64,000 nucleotides of DNA from Auanema rhodensis (Eukaryota; Animalia; Nematoda): NCBI GenBank assembly GCA_964057225.1, contig OZ059895.1:2232001-2296000 (forward strand), read 5' to 3'. The notes beneath the pieces were generated by a model. It was given only the letters and a program-made list of their open reading frames with translations, did not search any database and was not told where the DNA came from. Position 1 is the stretch's first letter; each line of letters begins with the position of its first letter. Position numbers and translations under genes: made by a program. This document shows, piece after piece, positions 22,501 through 37,400 of the stretch.

Positions 22501-25500
22501 ATTCTGAAATTTTTCGAAAAAATTTTTGTCAAAATGTTTTTGGAAGCAATGTTGAGTGTACATGGAAACTCAACATACACTAATGCATCATTTTTCAAAC
22601 GATCATAACTAATTTTTGTATCAAGCGTTTCTCAATGTAGTATAGTGCATTCGATGCGGATTTTTAAGCTGCGTCGATCTGTGTTATCAGATTTGCGCTA
22701 GCTTAAAAATGCACCGAGATATCAACTGATATAAGTTCACACTTATATCCTCGATTTTCACCCTGAAGAATTAATTTTTTCGTTGAATAACATTGTCCAT
22801 CGTCTTTGCCTTGAAAAATGGAATCTAAAAACATCTACTTTTTGCTAAATTATTTTGAAATTTTTGGAAAAAATTTTTGTCAAAATGTTTTTGGAAGCAA
22901 TGTTGAGTGTACATGGAAACTCAACATACACTAATGCATCATTTTTCAAACGATCATAACTAATTTTTGTATCAAACGTTTCTCAATGTAGTATAGTGCA
23001 TTCGATGCGGATTTTTAAGCTGCGTCGATCTGTGTTATCAGATTTGCGCTAGCTTAAAAATGCACCGAGATATCAACTGATATAAGTTCACACTTATATC
23101 CTCGATTTTCACCCTGAAGAATTGATTTTTTCGTTGAATAACATTGTCTATCGTCTTTGCCTTGAAAAATGGAATCTAAAAACATCTAATTTTTGCTAAA
23201 TTATTTTGAAATTTTTCGAAAAAATTTTTGTCAAAATGTTTTTGGAAGCAATGTTGAGTGTACATGGAAACTCAACATACACTAATGCATCATTTTTCAA
23301 ACAATCATAACTAACTTGTGTATTAAGCGTTTCTCAATGTAGTATAGTGCATTCGATGCGGATTTTTAAGCTGCGTCGATCTGTGTTATCAGATTTGCGC
23401 TAGCTTAAAAATGCACCGAGATATCAACTGATATAAGTTCACACTTATATCCTCGATTTTCACCCTGAAGAATTGATTTTTTCGTTGAATAACATTGTCT
23501 ATCGTCTTTGCCTTGAAAAATGGAATCTAAAAACATCTACTTTTTGCTAAATTATTTTGAAATTTTTCGAAAAAATTTTTGTCAAAATGTTTTTGGAAGC
23601 AATGTTGAGTGTACATGGAAACTCAACATACACTAATGCATCATTTTTCAAACAATCATAACTAATTTGTGTATTAAGCGTTTCTCAATGTAGTATAGTG
23701 CATTCGATGCGGATTTTTAAGCTGCGTCGATCTGTGTTATCAGATTTGCGCTAGCTTAAAAATGCACCGAGATATCAACTGCTATAAGTTCACACTTATA
23801 TCCTCGATTTTCACCCTGAAGAATTAATTTTTTCGTTGAATGACATTGTCCATCGTCTTTGCCTTGAAAAATGGAATCTAAAAACATCTACTTTTTGCTA
23901 AATTATTTTGAAATTTTTCGAAAAAATTTTTGTCAAAATGTTTTTGGAAGCAATGTTGAGTGTACATGGAAACTCAACATACACTAATGCATCATTTTTC
24001 AAACAATCATAACTAATTTGTGTATTAAGCGTTTTTCAATGTAGTATAGTGCATTCGATGCGGATTTTTAAGCTGCGTCGATCTGTGTTATCAGATTTGC
24101 GCTAGCTTAAAAATGCACCGAGATATCAACTGCTATAAGTTCACACTTATATCCTCGATTTTCACCCTGAAGAATTAATTTTTTCGTTGAATAACATTGT
24201 CTATCGTCTTTGCCTTGAAAAATGGATTTTAAATTATCTAATTTTTGCTAAATTATTTTGAAATTTTTCGAAAAAATTTTTGTCAAAATGTTTTTGGAAG
24301 CAATGTTGAGTGTACATGGAAACTCAACATACACTAATGCATCATTTTTCAAACAATCATAACTAACTTGTGTATTAAGCGTTTCTCAATGTAGTATAGT
24401 GCATTCGATGCGGATTTTTAAGCTGCGTCGATCTGTGTTATCAGATTTGCGCTAGCTTAAAAATGCACCGAGATATCAACTGATATAAGTTCACACTTAT
24501 ATCCTCGATTTTCACCCTGAAGAATTAATTTTTTCGTTGAATAACATTGTCCATCGTCTTTGCCTTGAAAAATGGAATCTAAAAACATCTACTTTTTGCT
24601 AAATTATTTTGAAATTTTTGGAAAAAATTTTTGTCAAAATGTTTTTGGAAGCAATGTTGAGTGTACATGGAAACTCAACATACACTAATGCATCATTTTT
24701 CAAACGATCATAACTAATTTTTGTATCAAACGTTTCTCAATGTAGTATAGTGCATCCGATGCGGATTTTTAAGCTGCGTCGATCTGTGTTATCAGATTTG
24801 CGCTAGCTTAAAAATGCACCGAGATATCAACTGATATAAGTTCACACTTATATCCTCGATTTTCACCCTGAAGAATTGATTTTTTCGTTGAATAACATTG
24901 TCTATCGTCTTTGCCTTGAAAAATGGAATCTAAAAACATCTAATTTTTGCTAAATTATTTTGAAATTTTTCGAAAAAATTTTTGTCAAAATGTTTTTGGA
25001 AGCAATGTTGAGTGTACATGGAAACTCAACATACACTAATGCATCATTTTTCAAACAATCATAACTAACTTGTGTATTAAGCGTTTCTCAATGTAGTATA
25101 GTGCATTCGATGCGGATTTTTAAGCTGCGTCGATCTGTGTTATCAGATTTGCGCTAGCTTAAAAATGCACCGAGATATCAACTGATATAAGTTCACACTT
25201 ATATCCTCGATTTTCACCCTGAAGAATTAATTTTTTCGTTGAATAACATTGTCCATCGTCTTTGCCTGGAAAAATGGAATCTAAAAACATCTACTTTTTG
25301 CTAAATTATTTTGAAATTTTTGGAAAAACTTTTGGTCAAAATGTTTTTGGAAGCAATGTTGAGTGTACATGGAAACTCAACATACACTAATGCATCATTT
25401 TTCAAACGATCATAACTAATTTTTGTATTAAGCGTTTCTCAATGTAGTATAGTGCATTCGATGCGGATTTTTAAGCTGCGTCGATCTGTGTTATCAGATT

Positions 25501-28429
25501 TGCGCTAGCTTAAAAATGCACCGAGATATCAACTGATATAAGTTCACACTTATATCCTCGATTTTCACCCTGAAGAATTAATTTTTTCGTTGAATAACAT
25601 TGTCTATCGTCTTTGCCTTGAAAAATGGAATCTAAAAACATCTACTTTTTGCTAAATTATTTTGAAATTTTTCGAAAAAATTTTTGTCAAAATGTTTTTG
25701 GAAGCAATGTTGAGTGTACATGGAAACTCAACATACACTAATGCATCATTTTTCAAACGATCATAACTAATTTTTTTATCAAGCGTTTCTCAATGTAGTA
25801 TAGTGCATTCGATGCGGATTTTTAAGCTGCGTCGATCTGTGTTATCAGATTTGCGCTAGCTTAAAAATGCACCGAGATATCAACTGATATAAGTTCACAC
25901 TTATATCCTCGATTTTCACCCTGAAGAATTAATTTTTTCGTTGAATAGCATTGTCCATCGTCTTTGCCTTGAAAAAAGAAATCTAAAAACATCTACTTTT
26001 TGCTAAATTATTCTGAAATTTTTCGAAAAAATTTTTGTCAAAATGTTTTTGGAAGCAATGTTGAGTGTACATGGAAACTCAACATACACTAATGCATCAT
26101 TTTTCAAACGATCATAACTAATTTTTGTATCAAGCGTTTCTCAATGTAGTATAGTGCATTCGATGCGGATTTTTAAGCTGCGTCGATCTGTGTTATCAGA
26201 TTTGCGCTAGCTTAAAAATGCACCGAGATATCAACTGATATAAGTTCACACTTATATCCTCGATTTTCACCCTGAAGAATTAATTTTTTCGTTGAATAGC
26301 ATTGTCCATCGTCTTTGCCTTGAAAAAAGAAATCTAAAAACATCTACTTTTTGCTAAATTATTCTGAAATTTTTCGAAAAAATTTTTGTCAAAATGTTTT
26401 TGGAAGCAATGTTGAGTGTACATGGAAACTCAACATACACTAATGCATCATTTTTCAAACGATCATAACTAATTTTTGTATTAAGCGTTTCTCAATGTAG
26501 TATAGTGCATTCGATGCGGATTTTTAAGCTGCGTCGATCTGTGTTATCAGATTTGCGCTAGCTTAAAAATGCACCGAGATATCAACTGATATAAGTTCAC
26601 ACTTATATCCTCGATTTTCACCCTGAAGAATTAATTTTTTCGTTGAATAACATTGTCTATCGTCTTTGCCTTGAAAAATGGAATCTAAAAACATCTACTT
26701 TTTGCTAAATTATTTTGAAATTTTTCGAAAAAATTTTTGTCAAAATGTTTTTGGAAGCAATGTTGAGTGTACATGGAAACTCAACATACACTAATGCATC
26801 ATTTTTCAAACGATCATAACTAATTTTTTTATCAAGCGTTTCTCAATGTAGTATAGTGCATTCGATGCGGATTTTTAAGCTGCGTCGATCTGTGTTATCA
26901 GATTTGCGCTAGCTTAAAAATGCACCGAGATATCAACTGATATAAGTTCACACTTATATCCTCGATTTTCACCCTGAAGAATTAATTTTTTCGTTGAATA
27001 ACATTGTCTATCGTCTTTGCCTTGAAAAATGGAATCTAAAAACATCTACTTTTTGCTAAATTATTTTGAAATTTTTCGAAAAAATTTTTGTCAAAATGTT
27101 TTTGGAAGCAATGTTGAGTGTACATGGAAACTCAACATACACTAATGCATCATTTTTCAAACGATCATAACTAATTTTTTTATCAAGCGTTTCTCAATGT
27201 AGTATAGTGCATTCGATGCGGATTTTTGAGCTGCGTCGATCTGTGTTATCAGATTTGCGCTAGCTTAAAAATGCACCGAGATATCAACTGATATAAGTTC
27301 ACACTTATATCCTCGATTTTCACCCTGAAGAATTAATTTTTTCGTTGAATAGCATTGTCCATCGTCTTTGCCTTGAAAAAAGAAATCTAAAAACATCTAC
27401 TTTTTGCTAAATTATTCTGAAATTTTTCGAAAAAATTTTTGTCAAAATGTTTTTGGAAGCAATGTTGAGTGTACATGGAAACTCAACATACACTAATGCA
27501 TCATTTTTCAAACGATCATAACTAATTTTTGTATCAAGCGTTTCTCAATGTAGTATAGTGCATTCGATGCGGATTTTTAAGCTGCGTCGATCTGTGTTAT
27601 CAGATTTGCGCTAGCTTAAAAATGCACCGAGATATCAACTGATATAAGTTCACACTTATATCCTCGATTTTCACCCTGAAGAATTAATTTTTTCGTTGAA
27701 TAACATTGTCCATCGTCTTTGCCTGGAAAAATGGAATCTAAAAACATCTACTTTTTGCTAAATTATTTTGAAATTTTTCGAAAAAATTTTTGTCAAAATG
27801 TTTTTGGAAGCAATGTTGAGTGTACATGGAAACTCAACATACACTAATGCATCATTTTTCAAACAATCATAACTAATTTGTGTATTAAGCGTTTTTCAAT
27901 GTAGTATAGTGCATTCGATGCGGATTTTTAAGCTGCGTCGATCTGTGTTATCAGATTTGCGCTAGCTTAAAAATGCACCGAGATATCAACTGATATAAGT
28001 TCACACTTATATCCTCGATTTTCACCCTGAAGAATTGATTTTTTCGTTGAATAACATTGTCCATCGTCTTTGCCTTGAAAAATGGAATCTAAAAACATCT
28101 ACTTTTTGCTAAATTATTTTGAAATTTTTCGAAAAAATTTTTGTCAAAATGTTTTTGGAAGCAATGTTGAGTGTACATGGAAACTCAACATACACTAATG
28201 CATCATTTTTCAAACGATCATAACTAATTTTTGTATTAAGCGTTTCTCAATGTAGTATAGTGCATTCGAATCGGATTTTTAAGCTGCGTCGATTTGTGTT
28301 ATCAGATTTGCGCTAGCTTAAAAATGCCCCGAGATATCAACTGATATAAGTTCACACTTATATCCTCGATTTTCACCCTGAAGAATTGATTTTTTCGTTG
28401 AATAACATTGTCCATCGTCTTTGCCTTGA

Positions 28430-31400
28430 AAAATGGAATCTAAAAACATCTACTTTTTGCTAAATTATTTTGAAATTTTTCGAAAAAATTTTTGTCAAAA
28501 TGTTTTTGGAAGCAATGTTGAGTGTACATGGAAACTCAACATACACTAATGCATCATTTTTCAAACGATCATAACTAATTTTTGTATCAAGCGTTTCTCG
28601 ATGTAGTATAGTGCATTCGATGCGGATTTTTAAGCTGCGTCGATCTGTGTTATCAGATTTGCGCTAGCTTAAAAATGCACCGAGATATCAACTGATATAA
28701 GTTCACACTTATATCCTCGATTTTCACCCTGAAGAATTAATTTTTTCGTTGAATAACATTGTCCATCGTCTTTGCCTGGAAAAATGGATTCTAAAAACAT
28801 CTACTTTTTGCTAAATTATTTTGAAATTTTTCGAAAAAATTTTTGTCAAAATGTTTTTGGAAGCAATGTTGAGTGTACATGGAAACTCAACATACACTAA
28901 TGCATCATTTTTCAAACAATCATAACTAATTTGTGTATTAAGCGTTTTTCAATGTAGTATAGTGCATTCGATGCGGATTTTTAAGCTACGTCGATCTGTG
29001 TTATCAGATTTGCGCTAGCTTAAAAATGCACCGAGATATCAACTGATATAAGTTCACACTTATATCCTCGATTTTCACCCTGAAGAATTGATTTTTTCGT
29101 TGAATAACATTGTCCATCGTCTTTGCCTTGAAAAATGGAATCTAAAAACATCTACTTTTTGCTAAATTATTTTGAAATTTTTCGAAAAAATTTTTGTCAA
29201 AATGTTTTTGGAAGCAATGTTGAGTGTACATGGAAACTCAACATACACTAATGCATCATTTTTCAAACAATCATAACTAATTTTTGTATTAAGCGTTTCT
29301 CAATGTAGTATAGTGCATTCGAATCGGATTTTTAAGCTGCGTCGATTTGTGTTATCAGATTTGCGCTAGCTTAAAAATGCCCCGAGATATCAACTGATAT
29401 AAGTTCACACTTATATCCTCGATTTTCACCCTGAAGAATTGATTTTTTCGTTGAATAACATTGTCCATCGTCTTTGCCTTGAAAAATGGAATCTAAAAAC
29501 ATCTACTTTTTGCTAAATTATTTTGAAATTTTTCGAAAAAATTTTTGTCAAAATGTTTTTGGAAGCAATGTTGAGTGTACATGGAAACTCAACATACACT
29601 AATGCATCATTTTTCAAACGATCATAACTAATTTTTGTATCAAGCGTTTCTCGATGTAGTATAGTGCATTCGATGCGGATTTTTAAGCTGCGTCGATCTG
29701 TGTTATCAGATTTGCGCTAGCTTAAAAATGCACCGAGATATCAACTGATATAAGTTCACACTTATATCCTCGATTTTCACCCTGAAGAATTGATTTTTTC
29801 GTTGAATAACATTGTCTATCGTCTTTGCCTTGAAAAATGGAATCTAAAAACATCTACTTTTTGCTAAATTATTTTGAAATTTTTCGAAAAAATTTTTGTC
29901 AAAATGTTTTTGGAAGCAATGTTGAGTGTACATGGAAACTCAACATACACTAATGCATCATTTTTCAAACGATCATAACTAATTTTTGTATCAAGCGTTT
30001 CTCGATGTAGTATAGTGCATTCGATGCGGATTTTTAAGCTGCGTCGATCTGTGTTATCAGATTTGCGCTAGCTTAAAAATGCACCGAGATATCAACTGAT
30101 ATAAGTTCACACTTATATCCTCGATTTTCACCCTGAAGAATTGATTTTTTCGTTGAATAACATTGTCTATCGTCTTTGCCTTGAAAAATGGAATCTAAAA
30201 ACATCTACTTTTTGCTAAATTATTTTGAAATTTTTCGAAAAAAGTTTTGTCAAAATGTTTTTGGAAGCAATGTTGAGTGTACATGGAAACTGAACATACA
30301 CTAATGCATCATTTTTCAAACGATCATAACTAATTTTTGTATCAAGCGTTTCTCAATGTAGTATAGTGCATTCGATGCGGATTTTTAAGCTACGTCGATC
30401 TGTGTTATCAGATTTGCGCTAGCTTAAAAATGCACCGAGATATCAACTGATATAAGTTCACACTTATATCCTCGATTTTCACCCTGAAGAATTGATTTTT
30501 TCGTTGAATAACATTGTCTATCGTCTTTGCCTTGAAAAATGGAATCTAAAAACATCTACTTTTTGCTAAATTATTTTGAAATTTTTCGAAAAAATTTTTG
30601 TCAAAATGTTTTTGGAAGCAATGTTGAGTGTACATGGAAACTCAACATACACTAATGCATCATTTTTCAAACGATCATAACTAATTTTTGTATTAAGCGT
30701 TTCTCAATGTAGTATAGTGCATTCGATGCGGATTTTTAAGCTACGTCGATCTGTGTTATCAGATTTGCGCTAGCTTAAAAATGCACCGAGATATCAACTG
30801 ATATAAGTTCACACTTATATCCTCGATTTTCACCCTGAAGAATTGATTTTTTCGTTGAATAACATTGTCTATCGTCTTTGCCTTGAAAAATGGAATCTAA
30901 AAACATCTACTTTTTGCTAAATTATTTTGAAATTTTTCGAAAAAATTTTTGTCAAAATGTTTTTGGAAGCAATGTTGAGTGTACATGGAAACTCAACATA
31001 CACTAATGCATCATTTTTCAAACGATCATAACTAATTTTTGTATTAAGCGTTTCTCAATGTAGTATAGTGCATTCGATGCGGATTTTTAAGCTGCGTCGA
31101 TCTGTGTTATCAGATTTGCGCTAGCTTAAAAATGCACCGAGATATCAACTGATATAAGTTCACACTTATATCCTCGATTTTCACCCTGAAGAATTGATTT
31201 TTTCGTTGAATAACATTGTCTATCGTCTTTGCCTTGAAAAATGGAATCTAAAAACATCTACTTTTTGCTAAATTATTTTGAAATTTTTCGAAAAAATTTT
31301 TGTCAAAATGTTTTTGGAAGCAATGTTGAGTGTACATGGAAACTCAACATACACTAATGCATCATTTTTCAAACAATCATAACTAATTTTTGTATTAAGC

Positions 31401-34400
31401 GTTTCTCAATGTAGTATAGTGCATTCGAATCGGATTTTTAAGCTGCGTCGATTTGTGTTATCAGATTTGCGCTAGCTTAAAAATGCACCGAGATATCAAC
31501 TGATATAAGTTCACACTTATATCCTCGATTTTCACCCTGAAGAATTGATTTTTTCGTTGAATAACATTGTCTATCGTCTTTGCCTTGAAAAATGGAATCT
31601 AAAAACATCTACTTTTTGCTAAATTATTTTGAAATTTTTCGAAAAAATTTTTGTCAAAATGTTTTTGGAAGCAATGTTGAGTGTACATGGAAACTCAACA
31701 TACACTAATGCATCATTTTTCAAACGATCATAACTAATTTTTGTATCAAGCGTTTCTCGATGTAGTATAGTGCATTCGATGCGGATTTTTAAGCTGCGTC
31801 GATCTGTGTTATCAGATTTGCGCTAGCTTAAAAATGCACCGAGATATCAACTGATATAAGTTCACACTTATATCCTCGATTTTCACCCTGAAGAATTGAT
31901 TTTTTCGTTGAATAACATTGTCTATCGTCTTTGCCTTGAAAAATGGAATCTAAAAACATCTACTTTTTGCTAAATTATTTTGAAATTTTTCGAAAAAATT
32001 TTTGTCAAAATGTTTTTGGAAGCAATGTTGAGTGTACATGGAAACTCAACATACACTAATGCATCATTTTTCAAACGATCATAACTAATTTTTGTATTAA
32101 GCGTTTCTCAATGTAGTATAGTGCATTCGAATCGGATTTTTAAGCTGCGTCGATTTGTGTTATCAGATTTGCGCTAGCTTAAAAATGCACCGAGATATCA
32201 ACTGATATAAGTTCACACTTATATCCTCGATTTTCACCCTGAAGAATTGATTTTTTCGTTGAATAACATTGTCTATCGTCTTTGCCTTGAAAAATGGAAT
32301 CTAAAAACATCTACTTTTTGCTAAATTATTTTGAAATTTTTCGAAAAAATTTTTGTCAAAATGTTTTTGGAAGCAATGTTGAGTGTACATGGAACCTCAA
32401 CATACACTAATGCATCATTTTTCAAACGATCATAACTAATTTTTGTATCAAGCGTTTCTCGATGTAGTATAGTGCATTCGATGCGGATTTTTAAGCTGCG
32501 TCGATCTGTGTTATCAGATTTGCGCTAGCTTAAAAATGCACCGAGATATCAACTGATATAAGTTCACACTTATATCCTCGATTTTCACCCTGAAGAATTA
32601 ATTTTTTCGTTGAATAACATTGTCTATCGTCTTTGCCTTGAAAAATGGAATCTAAAAACATCTACTTTTTGCTAAATTATTTTGAAATTTTTCGAAAAAA
32701 TTTTCGTCAAAATGTTTTTGGAAGCAATATTGAGTGTACATGGAAACTCAACATACACTAATGCATCATTTTTCAAACAATCATAACTAATTTGTGTATT
32801 AAGCGTTTCGCAATGTAGTATAGTGCATTCGATGCGGATTTTTAAGCTGCGTCGATCTGTGTTATCAGATTTGCGCTAGCTTAAAAATGCACCGAGATAT
32901 CAACTGATATAAGTTCACACTTATATCCTCGATTTTCACCCTGAAGAATTGATTTTATCGTTGAATAACATTGTCTATCGTCTTTGCCTTGAAAAATGGA
33001 ATCTAAAAACATCTACTTTTTGCTAAATTATTTTGAAATTTTTCGAAAAAATTTTTGTCAAAATGTTTTTGGAAGCAATGTTGAGTGTACATGGAAACTC
33101 AACATACACTAATGCATCATTTTTCAAACGATCATAACTAATTTTTGTATTAAGCGTTTCTCAATGTAGTATAGTGCATTCGAATCGGATTTTTAAGCTG
33201 CGTCGATTTGTGTTATCAGATTTGCGCTAGCTTAAAAATGCACCGAGATATCAACTGATATAAGTTCACACTTATATCCTCGATTTTCACCCTGAAGAAT
33301 TGATTTTTTCGTTGAATAACATTGTCTATCGTCTTTGCCTTGAAAAATGGAATCTAAAAACATCTACTTTTTGCTAAATTATTTTGAAATTTTTCGAAAA
33401 AATTTTTGTCAAAATGTTTTTGGAAGCAATGTTGAGTGTACATGGAAACTCAACATACACTAATGCATCATTTTTCAAACGATCATAACTAATTTTTGTA
33501 TCAAGCGTTTCTCGATGTAGTATAGTGCATTCGATGCGGATTTTTAAGCTGCGTCGATCTGTGTTATCAGATTTGCGCTAGCTTAAAAATGCACCGAGAT
33601 ATCAACTGATATAAGTTCACACTTATATCCTCGATTTTCACCCTGAAGAATTGATTTTTTCGTTGAATAACATTGTCTATCGTCTTTGCCTTGAAAAATG
33701 GAATCTAAAAACATCTACTTTTTGCTAAATTATTTTGAAATTTTTCGAAAAAATTTTTGTCAAAATGTTTTTGGAAGCAATGTTGAGTGTACATGGAAAC
33801 TCAACATACACTAATGCATCATTTTTCAAACGATCATAACTAATTTTTGTATTAAGCGTTTCTCAATGTAGTATAGTGCATTCGAATCGGATTTTTAAGC
33901 TGCGTCGATTTGTGTTATCAGATTTGCGCTAGCTTAAAAATGCACCGAGATATCAACTGATATAAGTTCACACTTATATCCTCGATTTTCACCCTGAAGA
34001 ATTGATTTTTTCGTTGAATAACATTGTCTATCGTCTTTGCCTTGAAAAATGGAATCTAAAAACATCTACTTTTTGCTAAATTATTTTGAAATTTTTCGAA
34101 AAAATTTTTGTCAAAATGTTTTTGGAAGCAATGTTGAGTGTACATGGAACCTCAACATACACTAATGCATCATTTTTCAAACGATCATAACTAATTTTTG
34201 TATCAAGCGTTTCTCGATGTAGTATAGTGCATTCGATGCGGATTTTTAAGCTGCGTCGATCTGTGTTATCAGATTTGCGCTAGCTTAAAAATGCACCGAG
34301 ATATCAACTGATATAAGTTCACACTTATATCCTCGATTTTCACCCTGAAGAATTAATTTTTTCGTTGAATAACATTGTCTATCGTCTTTGCCTTGAAAAA

Positions 34401-37400
34401 TGGAATCTAAAAACATCTACTTTTTGCTAAATTATTTTGAAATTTTTCGAAAAAATTTTCGTCAAAATGTTTTTGGAAGCAATATTGAGTGTACATGGAA
34501 ACTCAACATACACTAATGCATCATTTTTCAAACAATCATAACTAATTTGTGTATTAAGCGTTTCGCAATGTAGTATAGTGCATTCGATGCGGATTTTTAA
34601 GCTGCGTCGATCTGTGTTATCAGATTTGCGCTAGCTTAAAAATGCACCGAGATATCAACTGATATAAGTTCACACTTATATCCTCGATTTTCACCCTGAA
34701 GAATTGATTTTATCGTTGAATAACATTGTCTATCGTCTTTGCCTTGAAAAATGGAATCTAAAAACATCTACTTTTTGCTAAATTATTTTGAAATTTTTCG
34801 AAAAAATTTTTGTCAAAATGTTTTTGGAAGCAATGTTGAGTGTACATGGAAACTCAACATACACTAATGCATCATTTTTCAAACGATCATAACTAATTTT
34901 TGTATTAAGCGTTTCTCAATGTAGTATAGTGCATTCGAATCGGATTTTTAAGCTGCGTCGATTTGTGTTATCAGATTTGCGCTAGCTTAAAAATGCACCG
35001 AGATATCAACTGATATAAGTTCACACTTATATCCTCGATTTTCACCCTGAAGAATTGATTTTTTCGTTGAATAACATTGTCTATCGTCTTTGCCTTGAAA
35101 AATGGAATCTAAAAACATCTACTTTTTGCTAAATTATTTTGAAATTTTTCGAAAAAATTTTTGTCAAAATGTTTTTGGAAGCAATGTTGAGTGTACATGG
35201 AAACTCAACATACACTAATGCATCATTTTTCAAACGATCATAACTAATTTTTGTATCAAGCGTTTCTCGATGTAGTATAGTGCATTCGATGCGGATTTTT
35301 AAGCTGCGTCGATCTGTGTTATCAGATTTGCGCTAGCTTAAAAATGCACCGAGATATCAACTGATATAAGTTCACACTTATATCCTCGATTTTCACCCTG
35401 AAGAATTGATTTTTTCGTTGAATAACATTGTCTATCGTCTTTGCCTTGAAAAATGGAATCTAAAAACATCTACTTTTTGCTAAATTATTTTGAAATTTTT
35501 CGAAAAAATTTTTGTCAAAATGTTTTTGGAAGCAATGTTGAGTGTACATGGAAACTCAACATACACTAATGCATCATTTTTCAAACGATCATAACTAATT
35601 TTTGTATCAAGCGTTTCTCGATGTAGTATAGTGCATTCGATGCGGATTTTTAAGCTGCGTCGATCTGTGTTATCAGATTTGCGCTAGCTTAAAAATGCAC
35701 CGAGATATCAACTGATATAAGTTCACACTTATATCCTCGATTTTCACCCTGAAGAATTGATTTTTTCGTTGAATAACATTGTCCATCGTCTTTGCCTTGA
35801 AAAATGGAATCTAAAAACATCTACTTTTTGCTAAATTATTTTGAAATTTTTCGAAAAAATTTTTGTCAAAATGTTTTTGGAAGCAATGTTGAGTGTACAT
35901 GGAAACTCAACATACACTAATGCATCATTTTTCAAACGATCATAACTAATTTTTGTATCAAGCGTTTCTCGATGTAGTATAGTGCATTCGATGCGGATTT
36001 TTAAGCTGCGTCGATCTGTGTTATCAGATTTGCGCTAGCTTAAAAATGCACCGAGATATCAACTGATATAAGTTCACACTTATATCCTCGATTTTCACCC
36101 TGAAGAATTAATTTTTTCGTTGAATAACATTGTCCATCGTCTTTGCCTGGAAAAATGGATTCTAAAAACATCTACTTTTTGCTAAATTATTTTGAAATTT
36201 TTCGAAAAAATTTTTGTCAAAATGTTTTTGGAAGCAATGTTGAGTGTACATGGAAACTCAACATACACTAATGCATCATTTTTCAAACAATCATAACTAA
36301 TTTGTGTATTAAGCGTTTTTCAATGTAGTATAGTGCATTCGATGCGGATTTTTAAGCTACGTCGATCTGTGTTATCAGATTTGCGCTAGCTTAAAAATGC
36401 ACCGAGATATCAACTGATATAAGTTCACACTTATATCCTCGATTTTCACCCTGAAGAATTGATTTTTTCGTTGAATAACATTGTCCATCGTCTTTGCCTT
36501 GAAAAATGGAATCTAAAAACATCTACTTTTTGCTAAATTATTTTGAAATTTTTCGAAAAAATTTTTGTCAAAATGTTTTTGGAAGCAATGTTGAGTGTAC
36601 ATGGAAACTCAACATACACTAATGCATCATTTTTCAAACGATCATAACTAATTTTTGTATTAAGCGTTTCTCAATGTAGTATAGTGCATTCGAATCGGAT
36701 TTTTAAGCTGCGTCGATTTGTGTTATCAGATTTGCGCTAGCTTAAAAATGCCCCGAGATATCAACTGATATAAGTTCACACTTATATCCTCGATTTTCAC
36801 CCTGAAGAATTGATTTTTTCGTTGAATAACATTGTCTATCGTCTTTGCCTTGAAAAATGGAATCTAAAAACATCTACTTTTTGCTAAATTATTTTGAAAT
36901 TTTTCGAAAAAATTTTTGTCAAAATGTTTTTGGAAGCAATGTTGAGTGTACATGGAAACTCAACATACACTAATGCATCATTTTTCAAACAATCATAACT
37001 AATTTTTGTATTAAGCGTTTCTCAATGTAGTATAGTGCATTCGAATCGGATTTTTAAGCTGCGTCGATTTGTGTTATCAGATTTGCGCTAGCTTAAAAAT
37101 GCACCGAGATATCAACTGATATAAGTTCACACTTATATCCTCGATTTTCACCCTGAAGAATTGATTTTTTCGTTGAATAACATTGTCTATCGTCTTTGCC
37201 TTGAAAAATGGAATCTAAAAACATCTACTTTTTGCTAAATTATTTTGAAATTTTTCGAAAAAATTTTTGTCAAAATGTTTTTGGAAGCAATGTTGAGTGT
37301 ACATGGAAACTCAACATACACTAATGCATCATTTTTCAAACGATCATAACTAATTTTTGTATCAAGCGTTTCTCGATGTAGTATAGTGCATTCGATGCGG

